DNA of 64,000 nucleotides from Eledone cirrhosa (Eukaryota), in the NCBI GenBank assembly GCA_964016885.1, contig OZ024741.1, positions 374,232,001 to 374,296,000 of the forward strand. Direction: 5' to 3'. Under the pieces are notes generated by a model that was not told where the DNA came from, did not search any database, and saw only the letters and a program-made list of their open reading frames with translations. The translations under genes and the position numbers were made by a program. This document shows, one piece after another, positions 1 through 12,724 of the stretch. Position 1 is the first letter of the stretch. Each line of letters starts with the position of its first letter.

Positions 1-524
1 AAATTGATATTCAGCAGCAGCAGCAGATATAGTTGTTTTACTATTTTATTTGTTGAAGCTTCTCACTGCTGTCTTATTAATTTGGTTTAATAAAGCATAA
101 TAAATATTGCTGTAATTATGAATGCTCTGTTAAAACTTTACAAGCTATAGAAATAACGTCAGCTTATATTAACATGGACAGCTGACCTCTTCCGTAAAAT
201 CGGATCAATAGCAGCCCATCTAATGAAGGTGCCCTGCAAGGTGGGGTGGCTATTGCAGCGCATGTTACTGGCCCTTGTCCATGGAAATGCCTTAGCCATT
301 TTGTCCATGGGACGCAGCTGAAACACCGCTCTAGCCTAGGTGTAGAGTCTGTCACCCCCTCCCCTTCCCTCTTCCTTTGTCTACTAGGATTTGCTTTTCC
401 CCTCCTTTTCCTCTCATTTATGGCATTTATAGGCTTTTCCAATGCTGCTTTCTTTTTCTATATGTTTAAACAATTTATATTTAAATTGTTTTTAATACAA
501 AAAGGCAACGACTTGACAAAGTCG

Positions 525-770
525 TTATAACGTCAGGTAGAGTATCAGTTGTTAGCTGCCGAGACACTGCATCCTTTAAAACCTCCATGCTTCTTGAAAT
601 TTGCCAACACTACACCTGATATCTCCCCTCCATACACACGCACACATGTATATCATGACTCATACACTGTTCACTTTCCTGACATTTGTACATTATTCTA
701 TGTACTATACATGCACCTTTGATGAGTTGTAGTGCACCTGAGCACTGTACACAATAATTTCATTATTTCA
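525..770 (+). mobile_element. Probable CR1/L2-type LINE 3' end
   Basis: SVVSCRDTASFKTSML-like ORF terminus followed by UTR and a (CATTATTT)-type tail. Confidence 0.45.
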
Positions 771-1266
771 TTTTTTTAGAGTGTTTTGCAGTATTCACTC
801 TGTCTCTGCTTTCTGAGTTCAAATTCCGCTGAGGTCAACTTTACCTTTCATCCTTTCAATGTCGATAAAAAGGTACCAGTCAAGTACTGGGGTTGATACT
901 TCTCCTATATCTCTTTCTCACTTCCTCTCTCTCTCACTTTCTATCTATCTCTGGAAGAAATCTGCTGCATTCAGACCTGGAGAGGGACAGGCTCTTCAAA
1001 AACTTTTTAAAATGTCCAAGAAACACCTTATGCCACTACAACACCCCTACGATTCCATCAGGACTTTACCATAACATACCATATTAATACAAATAGAGAA
1101 ATGGGCCAAGAAACCTGAAATATTTGTGATCTAAGCAAATCTACTTCAGTGATTAACATACCAGTGATTGGAAACCTGCAGCTCCAGACAGGACTAACTT
1201 TAGACCTTGGGGGCCCAGGACACTTCAGCTTTTGTGGACCCCCTCATATAACAACACACACACACA

Positions 1267-1298
<32 letters not shown>

Positions 1299-1300
<2 letters not shown>

Positions 1301-1718
1301 CAGAAGACCCGCCTTGCCTAAGTACAAAGCGAAACCTACAGTCAGTAGGCACCTCTTAACCAAAATACATCCCCGTCCCACTACCCCTACTCCCACCACC
1401 ATCTACACCACCCCTTTCGATGTAAAGTCATGTTGGTACCACAACATCCAGTCCTAAATAAATGAGGTCGTGTAGGTGTCACGACAAAAAACACACAGTC
1501 CACGCTGTAATGTGGCCGTGTAGGTAACACGGTAAAAACCTCCCAGTCCCACACTGTAAACGTGGTTGGTGCTAGGAAGGGCATCCAGCCGTAGAAAACC
1601 CACCAGACAGTCCTGAGAAAGACAACCAATCTTGTCTCAAGTGGGAAAATTCCCGTCCAGACACATGCTAGCGTGGAATATGGACGTTAAACGATGATGA
1701 TGATGATGATGATGATGA
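1299..1718 (+). mobile_element. 3'-UTR-only copy of the RTE at 33686-34959
   Basis: Near-identical to the reverse complement of ~33686-34090; (GAT)n tail; begins in a (TA)n tract. Confidence 0.9.
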
Positions 1719-1894
1719 TATATATATAAAGAGAGAGAGAGAGAAAAGGAGAAAGAAGAAGGGGCACTGTTTGGATGAGAGTTGCAGGGCACACACACAC
1801 ACTCCACCACCGATTGAAAAGGGTCCCATCCCGGATCTAGAATAACATTAAATTATTAGATAGGCGAAATAATTTTAAGGTTTTTTTTTATTAA

Positions 1895-4310
1895 GCACCA
1901 GTAATGCACTGAGGTCGATTTAATCGACTTTCAACTCCCCCAAAATTGCTTGCCTTGTACCTATAGTGGATATCATTATTATTATTATTAAGGGTGGTGG
2001 AGTCGCAGTATCGGTAGAGTCTCAGCAACATGCTTTATGGCATATAGTTATGGCCGTTTATGTTCAAACCCTGCTGAGGTTAGCACCAGTAATGTACTAG
2101 GGTCCATTTAATCGACTTTCCCCTCATCCAAAATTGCTGGCCTTGTACCTAAATCAGAAACCATCAGGATCAGACACCATGCTTTGCAGCATAGAGTTAT
2201 GGCCCTTTACTTTATGAGTCCAAATCCACCGAGGTTAACTCTGCCTTTCATTCTTACGGGGTCGATAAAACAAAGTACCAGTAATGCAGTAGGGTAATTG
2301 CTGGCCTTGTGCCAGAAGTAGTATAGAGTTACGTCCCTTTATGATCTGAGTTCAAATCCCGCCGAGGTTAACTTTGCCTTTCATCCTTACGGAGTCGATA
2401 ACATAAAGTACCAGTAATAGACTGGGGTAATTGCTGGCCTTGTGCCAAAAGTAGAAACAATTATTAAAAAGACGTTTTTTTTAAATTGATAGTTTAGTGT
2501 ATTTTTTTTTTAGGATTCTTTAAAAAATGCATTTCCTACAGTTATGTTTTTCATTAATTAGATTGTGGACAGGTGAGGGGGGAGGGCTATTTTTAGCCAT
2601 AAACCACAGTATATCTAATTATAAACCGCAGTACCTGGCTATAAAACTGAATTTTAATTTACAACCTTGGCTTTTTTTTCTTTGTTTTTTCTTTTTTTTG
2701 TGGGGGGGTTAATATTGGTGTTTATTCTTTACGTGTTGACTTTTCGTCACTTCATCAATTCGACAGTAGCAGCATAATTAACTCCCAGAAGCCAATTTGT
2801 AAGATTACTCACGTTAATTCCCAGAGTCAATATAATGCAAGGTAAATAATTAAAATAGTAGCCTAAGGGAGGTAATTACAACATTATCATGTTTTACGTT
2901 CGTCTTCTTATTTATTTACTCATTGCGTGTCACCTGTCAGAAGCAGTTGGGGTTTATTTTAATGTGGAATAAGTTATACTGAAAGTTATAAGTTTTAAGT
3001 ACAAAAATATTTAATGAAATAATTCTTTCATCGGAATATATCTTCAAGATGTCCTTGTTTTTATCTATTTTGTGTATGTGTGACGTCCGATCGAGTATCT
3101 TCTACCTCCAACTAACTTACCCTCCGCCTTTTTGTCAGAGTCGACAGGATGGAGAATACATTGCCCCGGGGACGGCGAGTGAGGCACGCTGGAAGAGTTA
3201 CTGCACCATTTGCTGGTAGCCAACTCCGCTCCAATAGCAGTTAGTAGAAATGTGGTCCAGGGGGCCAAGAATGCCAGAAGTATCCACTGTCACAGACTCA
3301 ACCACAAATCTATCAGAGTAGCCGATACTTGGACAGTTTGCACTCGTCGGCCAATTATTATTTGTAAAGATTGTAGGGTAGCGGATTGGCAGTATCGGTA
3401 GAGGGTCGGACATCATGCTTTGCAGCAAAAAGTTACGGCCCTTTATGATCTGAGTTCAAATCTCGCCAAGGTTAACTTTGCCTTTCATCCTTACGGGGTC
3501 GATAAAATAAAGTACCAGTCACGCACTGGGGATCGACTTAATCGACTTTCCCTCTCACCCAAAATTGCTAGCCTTGCGCCTAAATAAGAAACCATTATTT
3601 GTAAAGATTGTTCCTGCTAATATTGGTTCCTTTTATGTAATTCATCGTGGTAGTTGTGGTTGAGTTAAGGACCAAAATGCTATAATGGTTGATTTTTATT
3701 ATTGTAGTGTAGGTGCACCTGTACATAATATAATAACTTTCATTTGGCAGTATCGGTAGAGGGTTGGACGCCATGCTTTCTAGCATAGTTACGTCCCTTT
3801 ACAGTCTGAGTTCAAATCCCGCCGAGGTTAACTTTGCCTTTCATCCTTATGGGGTCGATAAAATAAAGTACCAGTAATGTACTGGGTAATTGCTGGCCTT
3901 GTGCCTAAAGTAGAAACAATTATTAATATAAAGGTAAGAGTGGTGGTTGGCAGTATCGGTAGAGGGTCGGACGTCATGCTTTGCAGCATAGAGTTGCGGC
4001 CCTTTATGAGTTCAAATTCTGCCGAGGTTAACTTTGCCTTTCATCCTTACGGGGTCGATAAAATAAAGTACCAGTCCTGCACTGGGGTCGATTTAATCGA
4101 CTTTCTCCTCCCCCAAAATTGACAGCCTTGTATAAGAAACCATTCGGACGCCATGCTTTCCAGCATAGTTACGTCCCTTTACGATCTGAGTTCAAATCCC
4201 GCCGAGGTTAACTTTGCCTTTCATCCTTACGGGGTCGATAAAATAAAGTACCAGTAACGTCCTGGGTAATTGCTGGCCTTGTGCCAAAAGTAGAAACAAT
4301 TATTATTATC
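1895..4310 (+). mobile_element. Cluster of ~8 young tRNA-derived SINE copies (Deu/Nin-like core), interrupted by a CRE relic
   Basis: Repeated GGCAGTATCGGTAGAG (A-box-like) ... GAGTTCAAATCCCGCC (B-box) ... GCCTTTCATCCTTACGGGGTCGATAAAATAAAGTACCAG ... (ATT)n tail. Confidence 0.85.
3112..3352 (-). mobile_element. Decayed CRE-clade non-LTR retrotransposon 3' end (restriction-like endonuclease region)
   Basis: Across frameshifts reads ADECKLSKY..SDRFVVESVTVDTSGILGP..FLLTAIGAELA..LFQRASLAV.RGNVFSIL, the K..KY / ET.G..G / QR.S.AV.RGN pattern of CRE elements. Confidence 0.7.
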
Positions 4311-4344
4311 ACCAATATTACCAATATTATTACTTTTCTATTAA

Positions 4345-5296
4345 TCTATATATATAAAACTGTGGTTGTCTGTCTGTCTATCGATTTTTGGCACACATCT
4401 CCTCTTAGAATCTCTCACGGAATTGCACCGAAATTGCTATACTTGTACATTGAGCCCTAGCGAAGACATCGGAAGAAAAAAAATTTCAAATTGACCCACC
4501 CTATGTGACGAAATCGAATATAATGTATCGATTTTTGAGCGTAAGTTATCAGTTATTTCCCTTTGTTCTGTTTACATTGAGCGTCTTACGTAAAAAATTA
4601 CGCTGGCTTTAACAGTTGTCGAGCCAGCAAAATATTGACCTGCAAAATTCATCAGTTCGAACACTAAGCTTCCGTTTTGCTTCATTTCCATTTAAAAGCA
4701 TTTTAAAACAATATTTTTACTTGAAAACAAGTCTATTTAAAGACTACGTAAAACAAGCAAATATTTCGTCGTTAGGCGTGCAGACAGACAGTCGTGCAGA
4801 CAGACAGTCGTGCAGAGAGGTGATATACGCGTGCAGACAGATAGTCGTGCAGAGAGGTGATATAGGCGTGCAGACAGACAGTCGTGCAGAGAGGTGATAT
4901 AGGCGTGCAGACAGACAGTCGTGCAGAGAGGTGATATAGGCGTGCAGACAGACAGTCGTGCAGAGAGGTGATATAGGCGTGCAGACAGACATAACTGATA
5001 ATTTGGTTACGCTAATGTTTTTCTCTGCGTTGCAGTGTTTACATTTTCGATCTTTGTTAATAAATAACCAGTGCAGTTTCTATCCCCAGCATCCTCTTTT
5101 GTTATAACATTCGGGTTATCGTTATGTTTTCTTAACTTCATAAGGCATATTGTTGGTTGAGGGAATATTAATCAAAAACACCACATGCAAGTCTGCACAG
5201 TAGACACTACAGTTTTTAAGCCAAAAAAGAAACTTAACGTTGTAACTTTAACACAGCTACTGAGCGACCCCGAGCAACGCCGGGCTTTACTGCTAG
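4345..5296 (+). mobile_element. Non-autonomous Helitron, copy 1 (with internal minisatellite)
   Basis: 5' A|TCTATATATATAAAA; 3' hairpin CCCGAGCAACGCCGGG followed by CTAG; no TSD; near-identical copy follows immediately. Confidence 0.85.
4778..4991 (+). repeat. 37-bp minisatellite (GTGCAGACAGACAGTCGTGCAGAGAGGTGATATAGGC), 5 full units plus partials
   Basis: Direct tandem repeat inside Helitron copy 1. Confidence 0.95.
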
Positions 5297-5883
5297 TCTA
5301 TATATATAAAACTGTGGTTGTCTGTCTGTCTATCGATTTTTGGCACACATCTCCTCTTAGAATCTCTCACGGAATTGCACCGAAATTGCTATACTTGTAC
5401 ATTGAGCCCTAGCGAAGACATCGGAAAAAAAATATTTCAAATTGACCCGCCCTATCTGACGAAATCGAATATAATGTATCGATTTTTGAGCGTAAGTGAT
5501 CAGTTATTTCCCTTTGTTCTGTTTACATTGAGCGTCTGCGTGCAAAAATTTAAAAAATTACGCTGGCTTTCTCAGCGTTTAAAATGACATTAACACACTG
5601 CAAAATTCATCAGTTCGAACACTAAGCTTCCGTTTTGCTTCATTTCCATTTAAAAGCCTTTTAAAACAATATTTTTACTTGAAAACAAGTCTATTTAAAG
5701 ACTACGTAAAACAAGCAAATATTTCGTAAAAAAAAGCAAAAATTATATAAGTTTATTTAAAATATATGTATCTGTAAATTTCGTTAGGCGTGCAGACAGA
5801 CTTTAAGCCAAAAAAGAAACTTAACATTGTAAATTTAACACAGCTACTGAGCGACCCCGAGCAACGCCGGGCTTTACTGCTAG
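5297..5883 (+). mobile_element. Non-autonomous Helitron, copy 2 (shorter internal region), head-to-tail with copy 1
   Basis: Junction CTAG|TC at 5293-5298; same 5' region and same 3' hairpin-CTAG, followed by T. Confidence 0.85.
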
Positions 5884-5894
5884 TATAATAATAT

Positions 5895-6840
5895 AATTGT
5901 TTCTACTTTTGGCACAAGGCTAGCAATCAACCAGTGCATTACTGGTACTTTATTTTATCGACCCCGTAAGGATGAAAGGCAAAGTTAACCTCGGCGGGAT
6001 AATGGTTTCTTTATTCCAATATTATTACTTTTCTATGAAGGGCAGTGGATTGGCAGTATCGGTAGAGGGTCGGACGCCATGCTTTCCAGCATAGTTACGT
6101 CCCTTTACGATCTGAGTTCAAATCCCGCCGAGGTTGACTTTGCCTTTCATCCTTATGGGGTCGATAAAATAAAGTACCAGTAATGCACTGGGTAATTGCT
6201 GGCCTTGTGCCTAAAGTAGAAACAATTATTACTTTTCTATGAATATAATAATATAATTGTTTCTACTTTTGGCTATTATCGACCCCATATAAGGATGAAA
6301 GGCAAAGTTAACCTCAGCAGGATTTGAACTCAGAACGTAAAAGGCCGAAACTCTATGCTGTAAAGTATAGCGTCCACCCTCTACTGATACTGCCAATCCA
6401 AATGCTTACCAAATGAAAATATAGACACAAATTGTACAGATGCTTGTATTGTACATTTTGCTTTTCTTTGCTTCTCTCCAGTTACTTTTCTTTCACACAT
6501 TATCAGTAGCATATTGCTAGGGGTACAACTGCACCCCACCAAAAGAGTTGTTGTCTGAAAATTCTTAAATTTTTAAAAAATATTGTATACTTTGCTCATT
6601 TATTTTAATAACACAAAACATAAAATATGTACAATAATGAATAAAGTTGTCATAATAATTGTTTCTACTTTTGGTACAAGGCCAGCAATTAACTCAGTGC
6701 ATTACTGGTGATTTATTTTATTGACCCGTAAGGATGAAAGGCAAAGTTAACCTCGGTAGGATGTGAACTTGGAACGTAAAGAGGCGTAACTCTATGCTGC
6801 AAAGGATGGCGTCTGACACTCTACGATACTGCCAACAGCA
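5895..6840. mobile_element. Four further copies of the same SINE in mixed orientation (~5895-6000 -, 6040-6230 +, 6255-6400 -, 6655-6840 -)
   Basis: Same core and its reverse complement; dispersed copies also at ~10585-10812, 11835-12000, 19755-19910, 22478-22695, 37014-37232. Confidence 0.85.
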
Positions 6841-7699
6841 ATCATTATTAAATTTGTCATAAAAATGATTGGCATGCAAAAAAACTTTGTCAAAAAATGA
6901 TAGGAGCAAAGCGCTTATCTTCACACATTCTTATACTACGACAGAAAGAATGAAAACAGCAATCGAAAAATAAATGTCACTTCATGTCACCACAAGGAAC
7001 CCCAAACTTTTGGACCATCTTACAACTCCATATATTCATTGAGCCTTCATTGACTTGAGGCAAAAATAAATAAGTAAATAAATATATCAGTAAATAGAAT
7101 ATAAAATATACAATAAAATCTAATTATGTATAAATAAGAAACCTGAAACCTGTATGAGCAAGTTGTATTTTATGGTATTATTTTATGTGTTTTCATTTCT
7201 TATAAAAATGTTAGGTTGTGGCCCAAAAGTTCCATCGACATCTTTGGTAGTCCTGAAGCAAAGTTTTATTTGTTGTGGAAGAGGGTGATGGACATGACAA
7301 ATACCAACAATTCTGGTTAAATTTACTTCACTTTACTTCAGCAAAAAGGAAAAATAAATATAATGTTTGATTTTAGTGTTTCCAAATGAATATAGTGTTC
7401 AATAAGGCTTCTGCGTGGTGTGAGAGTCTCTTTATTTACCATGGCTTGTTCTCTTAAAAAGTGACAAGTTGTAGTCAGACAGTATGTACCAGCAGAGGTA
7501 GTAGTATACTCTTATGTGGTAAGGTTGTGTTGTACAAGCAAAGTGGCATTGAACTGTGTTGTCTAGGAAAAAGGGCCACAGAACAGCCTATTTATAATGA
7601 CGGCTAGTTATTTTTTATAGATGATAGATGGTCCAAGAATATCTTCTCCTTCCTAGGACTAGTCTTGTAAATCCTACTCTCAGGAGAATTTATCTATTG

Positions 7700-7920
7700 T
7701 CTTCTCTGCGAGGTCACAGGTCACTTACTTGGTGGCCATGTCTGGAAGGAAAAGCATTTCTTTCACTTCAGTCCCATCGAGCCCAAGGTGGCTGTGGATG
7801 CGTTGATATCGAACACTTCAATTATATAAAAATATGCCTGTAAACATGATATGCTGTTCAAACAGAAATATAGCTGTTTTCTTTGGAAGTTGGTATCACC
7901 AATGTACAAAATTAAAGGTA
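7700..7920 (-). mobile_element. Relic RNase H domain of a LINE (I-group-like)
   Basis: YFCLNSISCLQA then VRYQRIHSHLGLDGTE, resembling (S)DS.S.LQAL / WIPSH.GI.GNE. Confidence 0.4.
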
Positions 7921-9526
7921 TATAGAGATAATAGTAATAAGGATACATATTAATTTTCCAAAGGGTTGGGAGGACTCTTTAGTTGTGCCATAAACAGGAC
8001 AACTTCCCGGTGTTGGTTATTTATATGATAGATGCATGCAGTACACTCTGTAATGTGGTTGATGATAGGAAGGGCATGCAATCATAGAAAACATGCCAAT
8101 CAGAGTTAGGAAGACTGTTGAGCTAGTGTTGGTGCCATGATAAAATGCACTTGGTAGAGTGCAGGATTGTATATTAGGCCCCCAGCCCACCTGGTGGTCA
8201 GTGGCTTCACTTGAATACTGACCTTATCTGTGACAACACATCCAACCCTTGCTAGCAGAGAAAACAGGTGTTAAACGACAATAATGATGATAATGATGAT
8301 GATGATGATGCTAGCTTTCCATGAATCACCAAAAGTGTAGACCAGTCTAAATGTTACAATAATTCAAAGTAGTCAAATAGCATATGATTTTACAAAGGTT
8401 GTAAGGATAGGTTTAAAAATGGCCAGTGGTAATTAATAAAACTTTTAACCTTTAATTACCATATAACTAATGAAATACACTGCCTATTATTTTCAAATAA
8501 CTTTCAAAATAATCAAGATCTTGGAGGAATTTAGTAATATAATTAACTTTCTCATTGATAAGCTGATGTTTGGAGTATATATGAACTAAGTTCTTATATA
8601 AAATTATAATGGAATGTTTTAAAGCAGCCAGTTCATACAGTAAAGAGGTCATGTAGGTGTCACAACAAAAAGCATCCAGTCCACACTGTAAAGAAGTCGT
8701 ATTGGTGGCATGACAAAAAGTGCCCAGTCCACACTGCAAATGTGGTTGGTGTTAGGAAGGTCATCCAACAATAGAAACCAGGCCAAAATCATTTCTCTAT
8801 GAGCAAGACATGGTCATCTGACCAAGCTTATCTCACAATAGGACAACTCGTCTAACCCATATTAGCATGGAAAAATGGACATTAAGCAGTGATGATGATG
8901 ATGATAAATACATTAAAGCAGTTTTGTATCATGCCAGTATGGAAAGCAGATGTAAAATAATTGTTTCTTCTTTTGGCACAAGGCCAGCAATTACCCAGTA
9001 CAGGCCTTCTTAGCTCTTGGGTCCCTAAACAAAGTACCGACTGGACCCCTTAACATAGGCCCTGCATAAGCTAGCTGCTATTTGGTAGAAGTTAAGAGCT
9101 TTAAGGGAGAGAGTAAAACAGTTTGCTCATGGGTCTCTATAGCTGGTTGAAAAAGAAAGAGAAAGCCATAATGGTTGGTGAAACACTTCTATGATTGGTT
9201 GATAAAACCAATGAATAAAAAAACAGAAAATACCAAAATATCACCTGTTACATGAGGGATTTGTTATATATTCTTAAGTATAGAATTGGCAGACCATAAG
9301 AGCTTATCATGTAACATAATATCCAAACAGTATAATGCCCATATCATAGCAGCAAGACAATGTGTTGAAATTTTGTAATAGATGGTTACTGTTATGATCC
9401 GAATCAACAAAATCTGACCTCATTCACTTACTGAGTGGGATGGAACTTGTCAGATCGGACCAAGGAAACAATGTTTCCATTGATCTTTCCCATAGTTAGT
9501 ACTATCTACCAGTTTAACTCCTGCTA

Positions 9527-10012
9527 CAGGTAAAATTCCGTTATAACAAATACATTATAACAAATTTTTCAGTATTACAAAATTATTTTCAATCCCAAGG
9601 TTATAACAAACAAACGGTCGATTTGTTCCAGTCGATCTTATTATAAAGAATTTTTTGTTATAACAATTTTTTTTTATATACCCCTGTGAATTTCGTTATA
9701 ATGGAATTTCACTGTTTTATAACATCAAGTTAAATAAGTTAACTTGATGTAAAATTTTCAGAAGATCCCGTAAAAAGGTGATAGCAGTGATTCTTTGCTT
9801 AAACTTTAATCTGTACATATAATAGATATATATACAGTGAAATTCAGTAATAACGAAATTCATGGGGGTATAAAAGAAAATTAGTTGTAATGAAAAATTC
9901 TTTATAACGAGATCGACGTAATACTTTGAGCATGTAGCCGGGGATTGAAAAAATATGTCGTTATACTGAAAAATTTGTTATAATGGTATTTGTTATAACG
10001 GAATTTTACCTG
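9527..10012. mobile_element. Two pogo/Tigger-like MITEs (9527-9714 and 9835-10012) in opposite orientation
   Basis: TIRs TA|CAGGTAAAATTCCGTTATAAC and CAGTGAAATTC; the second copy is the reverse complement of the first. Confidence 0.75.
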
Positions 10013-12122
10013 TATATATATCATCATCATCATCATTGTTTAATGTCTATCTTCCACGCTAGCATGGGTTAGACGGCAATTGTCCCACATGAGGCAAGAT
10101 TGATCGGGTGGCCGTGTCTTGCTCGAATAGGACCGTATCTGCCACATATATATATGTATGTATGTATGACTGTATCTGCCATATATATATATATATATGT
10201 ATATATATATGTATGTTTCTCTTTCTCTTAATTTCGAGTACATTTTTGACCAGTCACCCTCCTGGTGGCAAGGTTGTAAAAGAAAAGAAATTGTCATCCT
10301 TGAATCACAAGAATGTTTTGCAAACTTTGAAGGTGTCTATGTATGTATATGTGTGGGTGTGGGTGTATGAGTGTGCGACTTTAGTATTTATACACACAGA
10401 CAGAAACAGGCACACACATACACACAATATATTTCCTTTTTGCTACAATTAGAAAATGTTCTCAGCTGTGAGGATGTATGATTATTCATATATCCAGTAA
10501 TCCTGGTATACATAGCATAATAAATTCTGGTCTCTAAATATTAAATACATTCAATGCTATTCCCATCATTATAATAATGATGGGAATGGTGGATTGGCAG
10601 AATCAGTAGAGCGTCTGACAACGTGCTTTGTGGTATATCGTTTTGTCCCTTTACATACTGAGTTCAAATCCCACTGAAATTAACTTTGCCTTTCACCCTT
10701 ACAGGGTTAATAAAGTTGATAAAGTAAAGTGCCAGTAATGCCCTGGGTTGATTTAATCGACTTTCCTCCTCAGCCAAAATTGCTAGCCTTGTGCCTAAAT
10801 CAGAAACCATTATTAATGGCATGGGTATAGTAATAAATTCACAATGTCTGTGACAAAAACGATATATCACCATCATCATCATCATCATTTAACATCCGCT
10901 TTCCCTGCTAGCAAGGGTTGGATGGGTCTACACAGACCATGTCAGTACTGAAGTGGGGCTACTGCCTCCCAGGCAGGCCATGGGATCTGTATTCCACTTA
11001 TGTATGGTTATATCGAGTGCAGAGGAGAAGTTGTCATGTCGTTTGACACAAATTGAAAGGTCTTCCTAACCCCTTGTTTGGCAAGTTTTCTATGGCTGGA
11101 TGCCTTTCTTAATGCCAACCACTTTACAGAATGTACTGGGTGCTTTTATTGTGTAGATCACCAGCATAGACGTATATAAAGGCAAAATCAAAATCTGAGA
11201 ACTCCATAGAGAATAAATGGCTAAAAATAAGAGTATCACCTGAATGAAATCAATCTATGTTAATACAAGAACAAATAATTATTATTTTATATTGTATTTG
11301 TGAAGGTGTATGGTTAGAGAATTGGATTCGCAATTGTGAGGTTGTGAGCTCGATTCCTGAACCAAGCAATGCACTATGTCCTTGATTAAGACATGTTGAT
11401 CTCTTTACCAGGAGTTGCGACCAGTAGATTGTATCAGCAATGGAAAGACCAATGGAAACATTATTTTCTTGGTCCAATTTGAATAATGTAATTGAATAAA
11501 ATTTGGGATCTTATTGATCGATTCCTAAATTAAATTGTCTTTAACCCTTTTGTGACTGTATTCTAATGAAAAACACTCTATTTTCATTAATTAATGAAGA
11601 ATTGTGAGGAATTTACTAAAATTATTAATTATTTAATTACGAAGATTAATAACTTAACATATAATTCTAATATAAACTACCTTGGAAGATTTTGATATAA
11701 ATAAGAACCCTTTAAACAGGTTTTGTTTCATAAAATCAAAGCTGGTTTGGGGTGGGTAGGTATCAAAAGAGTTAATACATATTTTGGACACCAAATTATC
11801 ACACTCTATCATTCTAAGTATGAAAAAATATGGGTTTCTAATATAGGCACAAGTTCAGCAATTTGGTGACAAGGGAAAATCAATTATATCGACCCCAATA
11901 TTTAACTGGTCCTTTATTTTATAAACCTCTAGAAGGATAAAAGGGAAAGTTGCCCTCAGAAGTTGAACTCTAAATGTCAAAAGTCAGAACAAATACTGCA
12001 TAGGCAATCCACCACTCTATATGAAGGAATGTTGCTATAGCAACAGTATATTATCATTTTTGTTCATAAAAAAAGGGAAAGAAAGAAAAAAAAACATTAA
12101 AAACTGAAAACAATTAGTTTAC

Positions 12123-12724
12123 CTTTTGCCTTGAAAATTTCTTTTCAAATATAGAACTTGTCTTGGGGATAAAAGCACTTTTCTTTTTCTTTTTAGTTCA
12201 CTACAGTCAGATCTTCTTCTAGAGTTATTGTCATATTCAAGAGGATAAAGGTAAGCATTTCTTTTACATTCTTCTGGAATATTCTTCCCCAATTCATAAC
12301 CTGTCTCTGATTTAGACTGATTCTCTTTAATCGACACTGGAGTGTTGCTGTCTTTAACACAGTTTTGTCGACACAATTTTGTCGACACAGACTGACTTTT
12401 ACTTTTACAACCATCTCCTAAAAAAACCCCATCCATTTGAATTGTCAAAGATTTCTCAGTTGCTGTATTATCTTCAGGGATTCTAGGTTTCATTTCATTA
12501 TTCATTTGCCTGCCTGAAATAAGTTTTTTTGACTTTAACTTATTTGTGTACTGTTCCAAGTACGGAGCTCCTTTCCTCTTATCCTCGTACATAATCTCTC
12601 TCTTATTTGTTTTTTTCTGCATGTCTCTGTGTGTTTTTGAATTCACATTTTGACATAACTTTTCAAATTCTGAAGTACGTGTATTTGTTGATTTTGTAAC
12701 TGAAGAAAATTTGCGGGAGTACAT
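12123..12724 (-). CDS. Probable coding exon of a divergent NK2-like homeobox gene (N-terminal region plus homeodomain residues 1-24); rest of gene not found in window
   Basis: 226-codon open frame in very AT-rich DNA, first ATG at 12724; ends KRKRKVLLSPRQVLYLKRNFQGKR (cf. NK2 [24 protein letters not shown]) at an AAAG|GTAAAC donor. Confidence 0.65.

Noticed and set aside
310-480. Repeat shared with ~52000-52148; likewise the pair ~60650-60850 / ~62280-62480
   Set aside because: Clearly dispersed repeats, but no diagnostic ends or coding motifs to classify them
4778-4991. CRISPR-like regular 37-bp periodicity
   Set aside because: No unique spacers, eukaryotic context, no cas genes; it is a minisatellite
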